Of a stretch of 64,000 nucleotides of DNA, positions 45,282 to 54,967 are shown in pieces. A model generated the notes under the pieces. The model was not told the origin of the DNA. It was given only the letters and a program-made list of their open reading frames with translations, and ran no database searches. How positions within the stretch are numbered: the stretch's first letter is position 1; each line of letters starts with the position of its first letter. Source of the DNA: Pseudomonadota bacterium (GTDB lineage: Bacteria; Pseudomonadota; Alphaproteobacteria; Rhodobacterales; Rhodobacteraceae); NCBI GenBank assembly GCA_038532285.1, contig JBCBAV010000002.1, forward strand, positions 2,679 through 66,678, given 5' to 3'. The translations under genes and the position numbers were made by a program.

Positions 45282-46765
45282 CAGTTCACATGTATCGCAT
45301 TGGGCAAAAGGACAGTTTCGAGATGCGCCTTGGCTTCGGCATGGGTAACCCAATCGGGTGGCGGGAAATCAGCCGACATGTCCCAGTCATCGCCTGTCTT
45401 TTCCATATGCGCCGCGAGGTCGCGATCAAACTGGTCCATCATCTGAGCATAGGTGGGGTCCTCGACAAGGTTCACCTGTTCGTTAGGGTCGACCCGCTGG
45501 TCGTAGAGATAGGCGCGGTGATCCTTGCGACGGACATACAGCCAGTCCTTGGATCGAATGCCACGTTCCGCGTATGGTGTGTATTCAATCGGATTGCCCC
45601 CTGTCTGGCGAAAGACTTGATACCAAAGCTGACGTCGATGCTCGGTCGCGGTGCCGTTAAGCACCGGCAGATAGCTTTTGCTGTCTCTCCCCTGAGGCAT
45701 GTCTATGTCGAGAAGATCAAGGATCGTCGCCATCATGTCGACGCCGACGTCGATCATTGCCTGCGTTCGCCGCGGTTTGAACCGTGCCGGATAGCGTACC
45801 ATCAAAGGCACGTGCATGGACGCACGAAAGGCCTGGTTCTTGAGTCCGCAGAACGACCCGTGCTGGCCCAACATGTCACCGTGATCCGATAGAAAGACCA
45901 CCATTGTGTCTTCGGTGATCCCCAGTGCATCCAGATGGTTTAGAATACGGCCTACGTTGAAATCGATATTGTGGATCATCCCGTAATATTCCGCGATGAA
46001 CTCCCTGATTTCCGCCTCGGTCTCAACTTCGCCGACGGGCTTGGTTTCGTGGCTGCAATGGCTTTTGTGTCCCGAGCGGGGATCGCCGCCACAAAGAATG
46101 TTGGTCCTGTGATCCTGCACGCGTGTCTGCAATTCAGCATCTGGCACGCCGGGGGGAAGCGGCACCTCTTCCGGTCTGTAAATGCGACGCAAGTGATCGG
46201 GCATGTCCATGGGAAAGTGAGGTGGCCCGTAGCTGAGATAGCCGAAGAAAGGCGCGTCTTTCTTGGCCGCGTTGTCCATGAAGTCGATGAACTGGTCGGT
46301 CTGGTAATCCGGCTCGTACCGCGTCGAGTGATAGGCCTGCCCCGCGTCGTCATAGTAGATCGACGAAAGATAGTCATGACCCCGATTGAACCCGACGAAA
46401 TGATCAAAGCCGAACCTTCGATCCGATGGCACGAACCCCGGCTTGGGGCCGCCCTCCAGATGCCATTTGCCGATATAGCCAGTCTGATAACCCGCATCCC
46501 TCAGGAACTCGGCCAGGAAGCCTTGCCCACCCCGAAGCGGGAAATGGTTTTGGATCATTCCGTGGCCTTGGGCGTACTTTCCAGTCAGCATCGAAGCGCG
46601 GAACGGACAGCAAATTGGGTAGCTTGTGTAGGCCTCTTCGAAATGCACGCCCTCGTTGGACAGTCTGTCGATATTGGCCGTCCGGATGACAGGATTGCCC
46701 GTGCATCCCATCGCGTCATAGCGCATCTGGTCCGCGTATATGATCAGGATATTCGGGCGCGTCAT
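45281..46765 (-). CDS. Type I sulfatase (Cys-type), no signal peptide
   Basis: Track ORF 45281..46795. The ATG at 46765 sits in an ATGA overlap with tctA. MTRPNILIIYADQMRYD, CCPFRASMLTGK (CxPxR), GYIGKWHL. 494 aa. Confidence 0.85.
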   Translation of the reverse strand: MTRPNILIIYADQMRYDAMGCTGNPVIRTANIDRLSNEGVHFEEAYTSYPICCPFRASMLTGKYAQGHGMIQNHFPLRGGQGFLAEFLRDAGYQTGYIGKWHLEGGPKPGFVPSDRRFGFDHFVGFNRGHDYLSSIYYDDAGQAYHSTRYEPDYQTDQFIDFMDNAAKKDAPFFGYLSYGPPHFPMDMPDHLRRIYRPEEVPLPPGVPDAELQTRVQDHRTNILCGGDPRSGHKSHCSHETKPVGEVETEAEIREFIAEYYGMIHNIDFNVGRILNHLDALGITEDTMVVFLSDHGDMLGQHGSFCGLKNQAFRASMHVPLMVRYPARFKPRRTQAMIDVGVDMMATILDLLDIDMPQGRDSKSYLPVLNGTATEHRRQLWYQVFRQTGGNPIEYTPYAERGIRSKDWLYVRRKDHRAYLYDQRVDPNEQVNLVEDPTYAQMMDQFDRDLAAHMEKTGDDWDMSADFPPPDWVTHAEAKAHLETVLLPNAIHVN

Positions 46766-48240
46766 CGCGTGAGCCTTGATGTGACTGGCCCCCAAAGGAT
46801 CGTCAGCGCGAGGGCCGCATAGATTGTAATGCCAATGGGCGTGTTGAAGAATTCGAAGACGGACCCATCGGCGATAGTGAGCGATTGGCGCAGAGAGTTC
46901 TCGAGGATGGGTCCAAGCACGAAGCCGATGGAGAGCGGCGCAATGGAGTACCCCAGCTTTCGCACCACGTAGCCAAGTATGCCAGCGCCCAACAGCACGC
47001 CAACATTGAAGAACGAATTCGAGACGGAGTAAATGCCAACGAAACTCAACAGCAGCACGGTCGGTACGATAACCGACGTCGGAACGCGGATCAGCTGCGC
47101 CGCAAAGCGGATCGCGATCAGGCCGATGAACATCATCAGGATGTTGATCACAAACAACCCGATAAAGATTGCGTACATCAGATCCGGTTCATCCGTAAAA
47201 AGCTTTGGCCCGGGCGTCAGTCCCTGGATCAGTAACGCCCCCAGCAACACTGCAGCAGCAGGCGAGCCGGGCACGCCCAAAGTCAACGTCGGGATCAGCG
47301 CGCCTCCGACCGTCGCGTTATTGGCGGTTTCGGGTGCAATGATGCCTTCGGGGATGCCAGTACCGTATTTCTCGGGTGTCGCGGATCGTCGTTTGGCTTC
47401 GGAATAGGCAAAAAATGCGCCGACCGCGGCGCCCTCGCCCGGAATTATCCCGATGACGGTGCCGATGATCGACGAGCGCAAGATCACATCCTTGAGCCGG
47501 CCAAGCATCTTGAAGCCAGGGAGCTTGACTGTCAGGCTTTCCATGGAAAAATCGACCTTGCGCGCCGCGCGCTCGGCTCCGATCAACACTTCGGACATCG
47601 CAAAAAGCCCAACGAGGAAAGGCACGAGTGGCAGGCCTTCGTAGAGGTGGTAAGTCCCAAAGGTATAGCGCTCGGTCCCGTTCAATTCGTCCAGTCCCCA
47701 GGTGGTCAAAAAGATGCCGAGCGCGCCGACAAGCAGACCCTTTGGCAGGCTTTGTCCCGCCACGCGAACCACGACAATCAGTCCGAAAACCGAGATGGCA
47801 AGGTATTCCCGCGGCCCGAACTTTGCGGCCAGTTGCGCCATGAATGGCGCAATAAGCGCAAGGCAGATCGCAGAAAATAGACCGCCGACGATAGACCCTG
47901 TAAGTGATAAGCCAAGCGCTTCGCCGCCGCGGCCCTGTTTGAACATGTTATTGCCATCCAGCACGGTGGCGATGGCGGCCCCAGTGCCCGGAATTCCGAC
48001 CGCAATAGCTGAAATCGAGCCGCCGTATATCGCCGCCGAGTAGATACCCAGCAGCAAAACCATCGATGGAACAGTGTCCATGTAGAACGTGAATGGCAGC
48101 GCCAGCGCAATCGCGATGGGCGGCCCGAGACCTGGCAGAATGCCGATCACAAGACCCAAGACAATGCCCAGAACCAAAAGCGCAAGCGTAAGGGGATCTG
48201 CCAAGAGCCAAAACGCGGAAATGAGCGCCGCTCCATCCAT
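46762..48240 (-). CDS. tctA: Tripartite tricarboxylate transporter, large permease TctA
   Basis: Track ORF 46762..48411. The ATG at 48240 (MDGAALISAFWLLADPLTL...) shares one base with the tctB stop. 493 aa polytopic protein with ILPGLGP and GIIPGEGAAVGAF segments. Confidence 0.85.
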   Translation of the reverse strand: MDGAALISAFWLLADPLTLALLVLGIVLGLVIGILPGLGPPIAIALALPFTFYMDTVPSMVLLLGIYSAAIYGGSISAIAVGIPGTGAAIATVLDGNNMFKQGRGGEALGLSLTGSIVGGLFSAICLALIAPFMAQLAAKFGPREYLAISVFGLIVVVRVAGQSLPKGLLVGALGIFLTTWGLDELNGTERYTFGTYHLYEGLPLVPFLVGLFAMSEVLIGAERAARKVDFSMESLTVKLPGFKMLGRLKDVILRSSIIGTVIGIIPGEGAAVGAFFAYSEAKRRSATPEKYGTGIPEGIIAPETANNATVGGALIPTLTLGVPGSPAAAVLLGALLIQGLTPGPKLFTDEPDLMYAIFIGLFVINILMMFIGLIAIRFAAQLIRVPTSVIVPTVLLLSFVGIYSVSNSFFNVGVLLGAGILGYVVRKLGYSIAPLSIGFVLGPILENSLRQSLTIADGSVFEFFNTPIGITIYAALALTILWGPVTSRLTR

Positions 48241-48701
48241 CAGATCAACTGGACCCCAAGGCCAAACATAAAGATCGCAGTGACAACCGCCGTGAGCGCC
48301 AGAACAACAGCGTAGACAAGTGGCGTGCGGACACCCATCGCCAAAAGACTGAGTGGCCCGAGCACACAGGCCATCGGTAAAAACCCGACATAGCGCCAGA
48401 TTGCATAGCACCCAACAGCGACAAAAAGCATAAGCAAGCCTTGCCGAGCCTCGCGGCCATCAGCAAAGACCGCCTCGCCTTCGTCGCCACCGGCTGAGCC
48501 GTGCTTCAGGTATGAATATCCCACTATGAGCGCACACAAAGCCGCAAGCCCCAGCATCAGTTGCGGAAAGAACTTCGATGGCAGTCCAGCGCTGGCCAGC
48601 AGCCCGGATGTTGTGAACCCTTGCGCCACCCACGCGAAATATCCGCATGCACACAGGACAATGACGACAAAGACCATATTCGCAACGCGTTGGCTGAGCA
48701 T
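48240..48701 (-). CDS. tctB: Tripartite tricarboxylate transporter, small membrane protein TctB
   Basis: Track ORF 48240..48797. I prefer the ATG at 48701 (MLSQRVANMVFVVIVLCACGYF), preceded by GGGGG. About 153 aa with 4 predicted TM helices, located between tctC and tctA. Confidence 0.65.
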   Translation of the reverse strand: MLSQRVANMVFVVIVLCACGYFAWVAQGFTTSGLLASAGLPSKFFPQLMLGLAALCALIVGYSYLKHGSAGGDEGEAVFADGREARQGLLMLFVAVGCYAIWRYVGFLPMACVLGPLSLLAMGVRTPLVYAVVLALTAVVTAIFMFGLGVQLI

Positions 48702-48768
48702 TCTCGCCCCCCGAAGGCACAAAACGTCGCGCAAGAATGCCTGCGCGACGCTTCCAAAGTATAAGCGC

Positions 48769-49734
48769 TTACTTCTTGAGCAGGCCGAGACCGTCAAGCA
48801 GAGGCGAATACAAATCGATGCCCGATTGGATCAGCGCGGTCGTCTCATCGACACCGTGGGTCCAGTCGTAACTGACAGCCCTGGGAACTTTGGCGATAAA
48901 GGCATCTTCGCCCATCGACTGGGACGCTTGCAGCAGCTTGTCCACAATCTCTTGGGGGGTACCGGCTTTTACGGCAAGACCACCGTGCACCCAAGTGCCC
49001 GCCTCTTTGCCGGGGAAGGCCTCACCCACGGTGCGCACGCCGGGCAGGTCCTTTTCATAATAAGGCTTGCGGTCGTTATCGAGGATGATGAGCGGGCGGA
49101 TCTCATCGCCGTAGGCGTGGATCGAGGCGACCTGCCCGACTGCGACATCCACCTGACCGCCAATCAGCCCTGCGAGCGTTGCCGGAACCGTCTTCAGAGC
49201 GATCGTATTGAACTCGAGCCCGAACTCAGACGCCATTTGCACAGCGGACAGGTTCGGCGGCGCGCCAAAGTTGTTTACACCCATGGTCAGCTTGTCAGCC
49301 TTGGCCCCTTCGATGAATTCTTCGAAGGTTGTGTACGGGCTATCGGCCCGCACGTAGAGAGCGTTCGACGCCGAGATCCCAGCATAAAGCGGGATGAAGT
49401 CCGTGAGTGGATCGTAGGGCGTGTCGCGCGTCAGAGGCACAACCATGAAACTCGGCGGCGACCAGTTGAAAACAGTGTATCCGTCTGCCGGCGCTTCAAG
49501 CACACTCATCGTTGCGGGGATATGCGCGCCACCCGGCTTGTTGACGACATTTACCGGCACGCCGAGCGCTTGGCTCAGCACGTCTGCGTTCATCCGAGCG
49601 ACGATATCGGCGTTTCCTCCGGCACCGAAGGATACAACATATGTGATCGGTTTTTCCGGCCATTCAGCCAGCGCCGCGCTCGTCATAAGCCCAAGCGCCG
49701 CAAACCCGGCGACCGCCAGTTTCATCAGTTTCAT
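48769..49734 (-). CDS. tctC: Tripartite tricarboxylate transporter substrate-binding protein (TctC/Bug family)
   Basis: 321 aa with signal peptide MKLMKLAVAGFAALGLMTSAALA. GGNADIVAR and NKPGGA segments typical of Bug proteins. Confidence 0.85.
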   Translation of the reverse strand: MKLMKLAVAGFAALGLMTSAALAEWPEKPITYVVSFGAGGNADIVARMNADVLSQALGVPVNVVNKPGGAHIPATMSVLEAPADGYTVFNWSPPSFMVVPLTRDTPYDPLTDFIPLYAGISASNALYVRADSPYTTFEEFIEGAKADKLTMGVNNFGAPPNLSAVQMASEFGLEFNTIALKTVPATLAGLIGGQVDVAVGQVASIHAYGDEIRPLIILDNDRKPYYEKDLPGVRTVGEAFPGKEAGTWVHGGLAVKAGTPQEIVDKLLQASQSMGEDAFIAKVPRAVSYDWTHGVDETTALIQSGIDLYSPLLDGLGLLKK

Positions 49735-49778
49735 GTGAAGCCCTCCCTGCTTCGTGCCACGGCCTTTTGGCCATTAAT

Positions 49779-49796
49779 GGTCTAGATATGCATACC
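49779..49796. promoter_or_regulatory. Candidate HutC-type GntR operator upstream of tctC (GGTctagatatgCATACC)
   Basis: Lies 45-62 nt upstream of the tctC start. Contains TGGTCTAGA, a classic HutC/DasR-like half site. Shares the GGT-N9-CATACC frame with 50573-50590. Confidence 0.35.
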
Positions 49797-49831
49797 TTTT
49801 ATGGAACGCCGTCGTGAGTCAAGTTTGCATT

Positions 49832-50548
49832 TCATGCGCCTTCGGTGGCGAATTCCATCTCTAGCTCAAGCATGTCTCCGGGGTAGGATAGCGTGGCAGA
49901 GTAGATCAGTCGGCCTTCGCAATCGAGAAATTCGCGCAGCACGCGAAAGACGGCAGAATTCACCTTGATCCCCAAGGCGCGCGCCATTGCAAAATCCGCG
50001 TGTGCAATAGTGACCCTTTGGCGCGCCTTGTGAACGTTCACGCCAAGATCCCGCAGCACCGAAACAACGATCTCTTGTGCGAAACGCTCGGGTGCGCGAT
50101 CAAAAATCTGATCGTCCAGCTTTATGTCCACCTGACAGAACGGCTTGCCCAAACGTGCGTGAATACGCGTCATGGCCCTGAAATAGCGCCCATCTTCCGC
50201 TTTCTCTATCATGGCGTCGTTTTGTGTGACCGACACTTCCAACTGATCCACCATTTCATAAATCTGCGAGATGTCCGCCTTCATCTGCATGGTATGCCGT
50301 GTGGGCCTTTTGACGGCTTTGACAAACGTGCCCCTGCCAGAGTGCTTTTCGATCAACCCTTCGTCTTCGAGCGTGTTCATGGCCTGAACCACGGTCATGC
50401 GCGCCACGCCAAGCTGTTCAGTCAACTCTCGAAGCGCTGGAAGCTTGGCTCCGGCCGTCAAATCACCTGACATGATCTGGTGCCGCAAAACCTCGGCCAC
50501 CTCGGCATGCAACGGCACAGAGGCGCGCTTCATCGCCTGAAGATTCAT
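49832..50548 (-). CDS. GntR family transcriptional regulator, HutC subfamily (wHTH + UTRA)
   Basis: 238 aa. LPALRELTEQLGVARMTVVQAMNTLEDEGLIEKHSGRGTFV followed by a UTRA-like C-terminal domain. Confidence 0.85.
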   Translation of the reverse strand: MNLQAMKRASVPLHAEVAEVLRHQIMSGDLTAGAKLPALRELTEQLGVARMTVVQAMNTLEDEGLIEKHSGRGTFVKAVKRPTRHTMQMKADISQIYEMVDQLEVSVTQNDAMIEKAEDGRYFRAMTRIHARLGKPFCQVDIKLDDQIFDRAPERFAQEIVVSVLRDLGVNVHKARQRVTIAHADFAMARALGIKVNSAVFRVLREFLDCEGRLIYSATLSYPGDMLELEMEFATEGA

Positions 50549-50568
50549 ATTGACAACCTCCCCAATTC

Positions 50569-50594
50569 AATAGGTACAAAGGTCCATACCTATT
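50569..50594. promoter_or_regulatory. Inverted repeat AATAGGTA-N10-TACCTATT in the divergent promoter (contains GGTacaaaggtcCATACC)
   Basis: Perfect 8-bp arms located between the GntR start (50548) and the GTG start at 50614. Confidence 0.4.
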
Positions 50595-50613
50595 AACCAT
50601 AACGAGCGCGCTT

Positions 50614-51441
50614 GTGAAAGAAAAACACAATCTTTCAGAACTCGAAGCAATCGCCACGCGTTTGCGGTTGCATGTGGTGGATATGGTGGCGCCGTCTGGC
50701 CAGGGCTATGTGCTGCAAGGGCTCGGCGCTGCAGATATCTTTGCGACGCTCTACTTTGCCGAGGCAACGATGGACCCTGCCAATCCGGACTGGCCGGAGC
50801 GAGATCGCGTTTTTCTGACAACAGCACACAACACGGCAATCTTCTATGCAACCCTGGCCGAACGGGGCTTTTTCCCGGTCGAAAAGCTCAAAAGCTACGT
50901 GACCGACGGCTCTGCGCTGGAGATCAATTCATCAGAACGGATGGGGACGTTTGTCGAGGCAACCTGCGGGTCTCTTGGTCAAGGTTTGTCTGTGGCCATC
51001 GGCTGCGCCCTGAGCGCGAAGCGACAGGGCCGATCCAGCCGTTTTTACGCGATCGTCGGCGATGGCGAGATGCAGGAAGGCCAGATCTGGGAAGCCGCAA
51101 TGCTTGCCGGGGCTTGGGCGCTCGACAATCTCGTGGTGATCGTTGACTACAATTTTGTTCAGTCCGAGGGGCCAATGGACAGGGTGATGACCCTGGATCC
51201 GCTGATGGAAAAGATGGAGAGCTTTGGCTTCGCCTGCCAGGAAGTGGATGGAAACGATATCCCAACCCTTTTGGCCGCCTTTGACGTAGCGCGCGACACA
51301 CAAGGAAAACCAAGCTTCATAAAGGCCAACACCCTGATGGGCAAAGGAGTGCCGTCACTCGAAGGGCTGATGTTCCACCAACTGCGCTTTCCACCCGAGG
51401 TCGCGGCATCCGCGCGCGCTGAACTGGAAGCGCCACGATGA
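50614..51441 (+). CDS. Transketolase-like protein, N-terminal (TPP-binding) section, pair 2
   Basis: 275 aa with GTG start. GDGEMQEGQIWEAAMLAG...IVDYN. Confidence 0.85.
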   Translation: MKEKHNLSELEAIATRLRLHVVDMVAPSGQGYVLQGLGAADIFATLYFAEATMDPANPDWPERDRVFLTTAHNTAIFYATLAERGFFPVEKLKSYVTDGSALEINSSERMGTFVEATCGSLGQGLSVAIGCALSAKRQGRSSRFYAIVGDGEMQEGQIWEAAMLAGAWALDNLVVIVDYNFVQSEGPMDRVMTLDPLMEKMESFGFACQEVDGNDIPTLLAAFDVARDTQGKPSFIKANTLMGKGVPSLEGLMFHQLRFPPEVAASARAELEAPR

Positions 51442-52418
51442 ACACGCTCACCCAACTCGAAGCAGCCGATTTCATCAACCGCTCGTTCAAGCCACTCCCG
51501 CGTGCATATGGCGACGCTCTCGTAGAAGCAGCGCAGGCCGATCCACGAATTGTCGCGCTATGTGCCGACCTTGTGCCGCCCACGGAAACCGACCGTTTTC
51601 GCGACGAGTTGCCAAATCGCTTTCACAATGTCGGCATTGCCGAGGCAAACATGATAGGCATTGCCGGGGGTATGGCCCGCTCGGGCGAAATTCCTTTCTG
51701 TCACTCGTTTTGTGCCTTCATCACCAAACGGGTACTGGATCAGATCGCGATGCAGGCCGCCTATCCCAATCTGCCCGTCAAGCTGGTTGGCTTTTTGCCC
51801 GGAGTGGCAACGTTGCTGGGTGTCTCCCATCAGGCGATCGAAGATGTGGCGATCCTGCGCGCGGTGCCCAACATGGCGATATTCGAACCATCCGGACCCG
51901 AGTATCACGCGGCCATGGTCAAATTGGCGCTTGATTGGGATGGCCCGGCGTATCTGCGAATGAAACGGCCCGAAACCCTGCCGGACGCATTTGAACCGAA
52001 ATCCCTCGATGTTGGAAAAGGCGTGATCCGGCGCGAAGGCGGGGATGCCACAAAAATCTCAGCCGGTCTGAGCGTTGTAGAAAGCTTGAACGCGGCGGAA
52101 GTATTGAGCCACGAAGGGATAGAGGCCCGCGTGGTCGACATCGCATCGCTCAAACCGCTCGACGGCAATCTGATCCTTGAAAGCGCAGACCGGACCGGCG
52201 CGATTGTGACAGCGGAAAACCATTCGATTATCGGTGGACTTGGCTCTGCCGTCTCAGAGGTGCTGATGGACGAAGGCATCGGCCTGCCGTTTCGCCGCGT
52301 GGGTATTCAGGATCGCTTCTGCGAAGGCGGCTCGACCCCCTATTTGATGAACAAATTTGGCCTTGATGCCCCTGCCATCGCGCAGGCCGTTCGCACCGTG
52401 ATGGAGAAAAAGACATGA
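51438..52418 (+). CDS. Transketolase-like protein, C-terminal (pyrimidine-binding) section, pair 2
   Basis: 326 aa with ATGA overlap. VGIAEANMIGIAGGMARSG, GVSHQAIEDVAILRAVPNM. Confidence 0.85.
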   Translation: MNTLTQLEAADFINRSFKPLPRAYGDALVEAAQADPRIVALCADLVPPTETDRFRDELPNRFHNVGIAEANMIGIAGGMARSGEIPFCHSFCAFITKRVLDQIAMQAAYPNLPVKLVGFLPGVATLLGVSHQAIEDVAILRAVPNMAIFEPSGPEYHAAMVKLALDWDGPAYLRMKRPETLPDAFEPKSLDVGKGVIRREGGDATKISAGLSVVESLNAAEVLSHEGIEARVVDIASLKPLDGNLILESADRTGAIVTAENHSIIGGLGSAVSEVLMDEGIGLPFRRVGIQDRFCEGGSTPYLMNKFGLDAPAIAQAVRTVMEKKT

Positions 52419-53827
52419 GCTTTCGCTATGAATTCGGCGCGGGCGGTGACGCCTGCGAAACTGTCAACCCGGCGAACCCCTCCGAAAAAATTGGCCGCTA
52501 TGGGGTAATGGATGCCGGTGAGTTGGCGAAAACCATCGAACGCGCCAATGCGGCGCAGGCGGAATGGGCCCGAGTGCCGGGGCTGGAGCGATCGCAGCGT
52601 CTGAACGCTTTCATCGATGCAGTAGAGGCACGGGCCGACGCGTTGGCGACAGCAGGCACGCTCGAGCAGGGAAAGCTGTTCCGCGAAAGCAAAGGCGAGA
52701 CGATGAAGTCTTGCGCCGAAGGCCGGTTCTCGGTTGGCGAAGCCGCGCGCATGGGTGCAATGGCCATTGCAACCGGGCGGGCTGGGTTCTCGAACCAGAT
52801 CCTGCGGCGACCTCGCGGCGTAATTTTTTGCATCAGTCCATGGAACTTCCCGATCTCGACGCCCATGCGCAAGATCTGTCCGGCGCTCGCATTCGGCAAC
52901 GCGGTGGTCATGAAGCCTTCGCAGTTCACGCCAGCGGCGAATTTCCTGCTGGCAGAAATTTCGGCAGAGTTCTTCCCGAAAAACCTGATCCAGGTCGCAA
53001 TGGTATCGGGTCGCGTGGCAAGCGAAGCGATTGCTTCGGCAGATATCCATGGCGTCAGCTTTACCGGCTCGGTGCCTACCGGCAAACTGGTCTATGCAGC
53101 CGCAGCCCAGAATCTGGTTCCTGTGCAACTTGAACTTGGCGGCAAAAATGGCGCGATCCTAAATGATAGCGATAATCTCGAAGGCGCGATTGGCCAGATA
53201 CTCGGTGCCGCGTTCATGACCTCGGGCCAACGCTGCACCGCCATCAGTCGGATCATCGTGCAAAAGGACATCGCCGACGAAGCAAAGGACATTCTCACAG
53301 CCAAGGCGGCCGCAATGCAAATGGGCCCGGGCATGAGTGATGACAGCGATATTGGCCCCCTGTGCAACCACCCCCATTGGCAGGATGTGTGTGATGCAAC
53401 AGCCAGGGCCATCGCGGAAGGCGCATCGCCTCTCACCGGCGGCTCGGCACCCGGGGCTCCGGACGATGGATACTTCTTTGCGCCGACGGTTCTGGATGGT
53501 GTCGAGCATAATTCGATTGGTGGTCAACACGAGATCTTTGGACCCGTACTGTCGGTTCTAGAATACGATACATTCGATCAAGCCATGGGTATCTTGAACG
53601 GGACCGAATTTGGTCTGACATCCGCTCTTTTTTCCAATCGCAATGACCTGATCCAGCGCTTTTTGTCCGAAAGCCAGAACGGGATGATCCATGTGAACCA
53701 TGGCACCGTACCCGACAACAATATGCCCTTTGGCGGCATCAAAAACTCGGGTGTGGGCGCTTATTCAGTGGGCCCGACAGCGGTAAATTTCTACACGTCC
53801 GAACATTCCGCCTACGTCGCCTGGTAG
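52415..53827 (+). CDS. NAD(P)-dependent aldehyde dehydrogenase
   Basis: 470 aa. QLELGGKNG and TSGQRCTA motifs. Confidence 0.9.
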   Translation: MSFRYEFGAGGDACETVNPANPSEKIGRYGVMDAGELAKTIERANAAQAEWARVPGLERSQRLNAFIDAVEARADALATAGTLEQGKLFRESKGETMKSCAEGRFSVGEAARMGAMAIATGRAGFSNQILRRPRGVIFCISPWNFPISTPMRKICPALAFGNAVVMKPSQFTPAANFLLAEISAEFFPKNLIQVAMVSGRVASEAIASADIHGVSFTGSVPTGKLVYAAAAQNLVPVQLELGGKNGAILNDSDNLEGAIGQILGAAFMTSGQRCTAISRIIVQKDIADEAKDILTAKAAAMQMGPGMSDDSDIGPLCNHPHWQDVCDATARAIAEGASPLTGGSAPGAPDDGYFFAPTVLDGVEHNSIGGQHEIFGPVLSVLEYDTFDQAMGILNGTEFGLTSALFSNRNDLIQRFLSESQNGMIHVNHGTVPDNNMPFGGIKNSGVGAYSVGPTAVNFYTSEHSAYVAW

Positions 53828-53828
53828 C

Positions 53829-54962
53829 GTGCGCTTCTCACGTTCCATAACTTTGGATAGCATCACAGCCATCCCGATCCGCGCCTCGGGTGGTGTGTCC
53901 CCGAAGATGGCTCTTGGCACCATGCCAACCCGTCCTGCCTTGCTCGTGCGCGTCGAGGACCGGGCGGGGTGTTTTGGATGGGGCGAAATCTGGGCCAACT
54001 TTCCGGCGCGTGCGAACCTGCACAAGGCGCACATTGTCGAGGACGTTATTGCCGCGCACCTGAACGGTTTCAGCTTTTGTGACCCGCGCGAAGTTAACGA
54101 AGCGCTGCGGTCGCAACTGTCCGTGTATTTTTTGCACGTCGGCCAGCAACAAGTGTTTGAGCATGTTCTGGCAGGCCTCGATACTGCGCTTTGGGATCTG
54201 TGCTTGCGTAATTCCGACCAGAGCTTTGTCGATGCCATGGGCCTGCGCGAAAAACAGGCGAAATCCTATGCGACCTCGATCAATGCCGAAGATCTGGAAC
54301 GGTTGATCCCGCTTCATGCGTGCCTTGGGCAAAGCCATTTCAAGTTGAAAATCGGGTTCGCGGACCATGGCAACGTCCAGATTGTCGAACAAGCCACAGC
54401 ACTTTGCCCGCGCGGGACGCGGATCATGGTCGACAGCAATCAAAGCTGGACCCTCGAAGGCGCAAGGACATCCCTGCGCGCCATCGAGAGTTTCGCGCCA
54501 TTCTTTGCCGAAGAGCCCTTGCGCGCAGACGCACCAGCCCACGATTGGGAGTGCTTGGTGAATTCAACGGACATCCCCCTCGCCGGTGGCGAGAATATCT
54601 ATGGCATCGACGATTTCCTGCGCATGGCCGATCTTGGTTTGCGATTCCTGCAACCGGATGTGGCCAAATGGGGCGGGATGTCCGGCGCGCTCGACCTTGC
54701 CGAAAAGGTGCCGGATGACGTGTCGATCTGGCCTCATTTCATGGGCACATCGGTTGGTCAAATCGCCGCCCTTTCGATCAGTGCCGCCGTTGGCGCAAGA
54801 TCCTTTTGCGAGGTCGATGTCAACAAAAACGCATTGCGCACAGAATTGAGCGGTGACGTGATCCGCATCGAAAATGGAGTCGTGTCTTTGCCCTCGGAAC
54901 CAGGATTGGTCGCACCGCCAAAGCCCGAAGCGCTGACCGCGTTCGCCGAAGTGAGTACCTGA
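53829..54962 (+). CDS. Mandelate racemase/muconate lactonizing enzyme family protein (enolase superfamily)
   Basis: 377 aa with GTG start. FKLKIGF (full KxK), VDSNQSW, AEEP, GGEN, PDVAKWGG. Confidence 0.8.
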   Translation: MRFSRSITLDSITAIPIRASGGVSPKMALGTMPTRPALLVRVEDRAGCFGWGEIWANFPARANLHKAHIVEDVIAAHLNGFSFCDPREVNEALRSQLSVYFLHVGQQQVFEHVLAGLDTALWDLCLRNSDQSFVDAMGLREKQAKSYATSINAEDLERLIPLHACLGQSHFKLKIGFADHGNVQIVEQATALCPRGTRIMVDSNQSWTLEGARTSLRAIESFAPFFAEEPLRADAPAHDWECLVNSTDIPLAGGENIYGIDDFLRMADLGLRFLQPDVAKWGGMSGALDLAEKVPDDVSIWPHFMGTSVGQIAALSISAAVGARSFCEVDVNKNALRTELSGDVIRIENGVVSLPSEPGLVAPPKPEALTAFAEVST

Positions 54963-54967
54963 GACCG

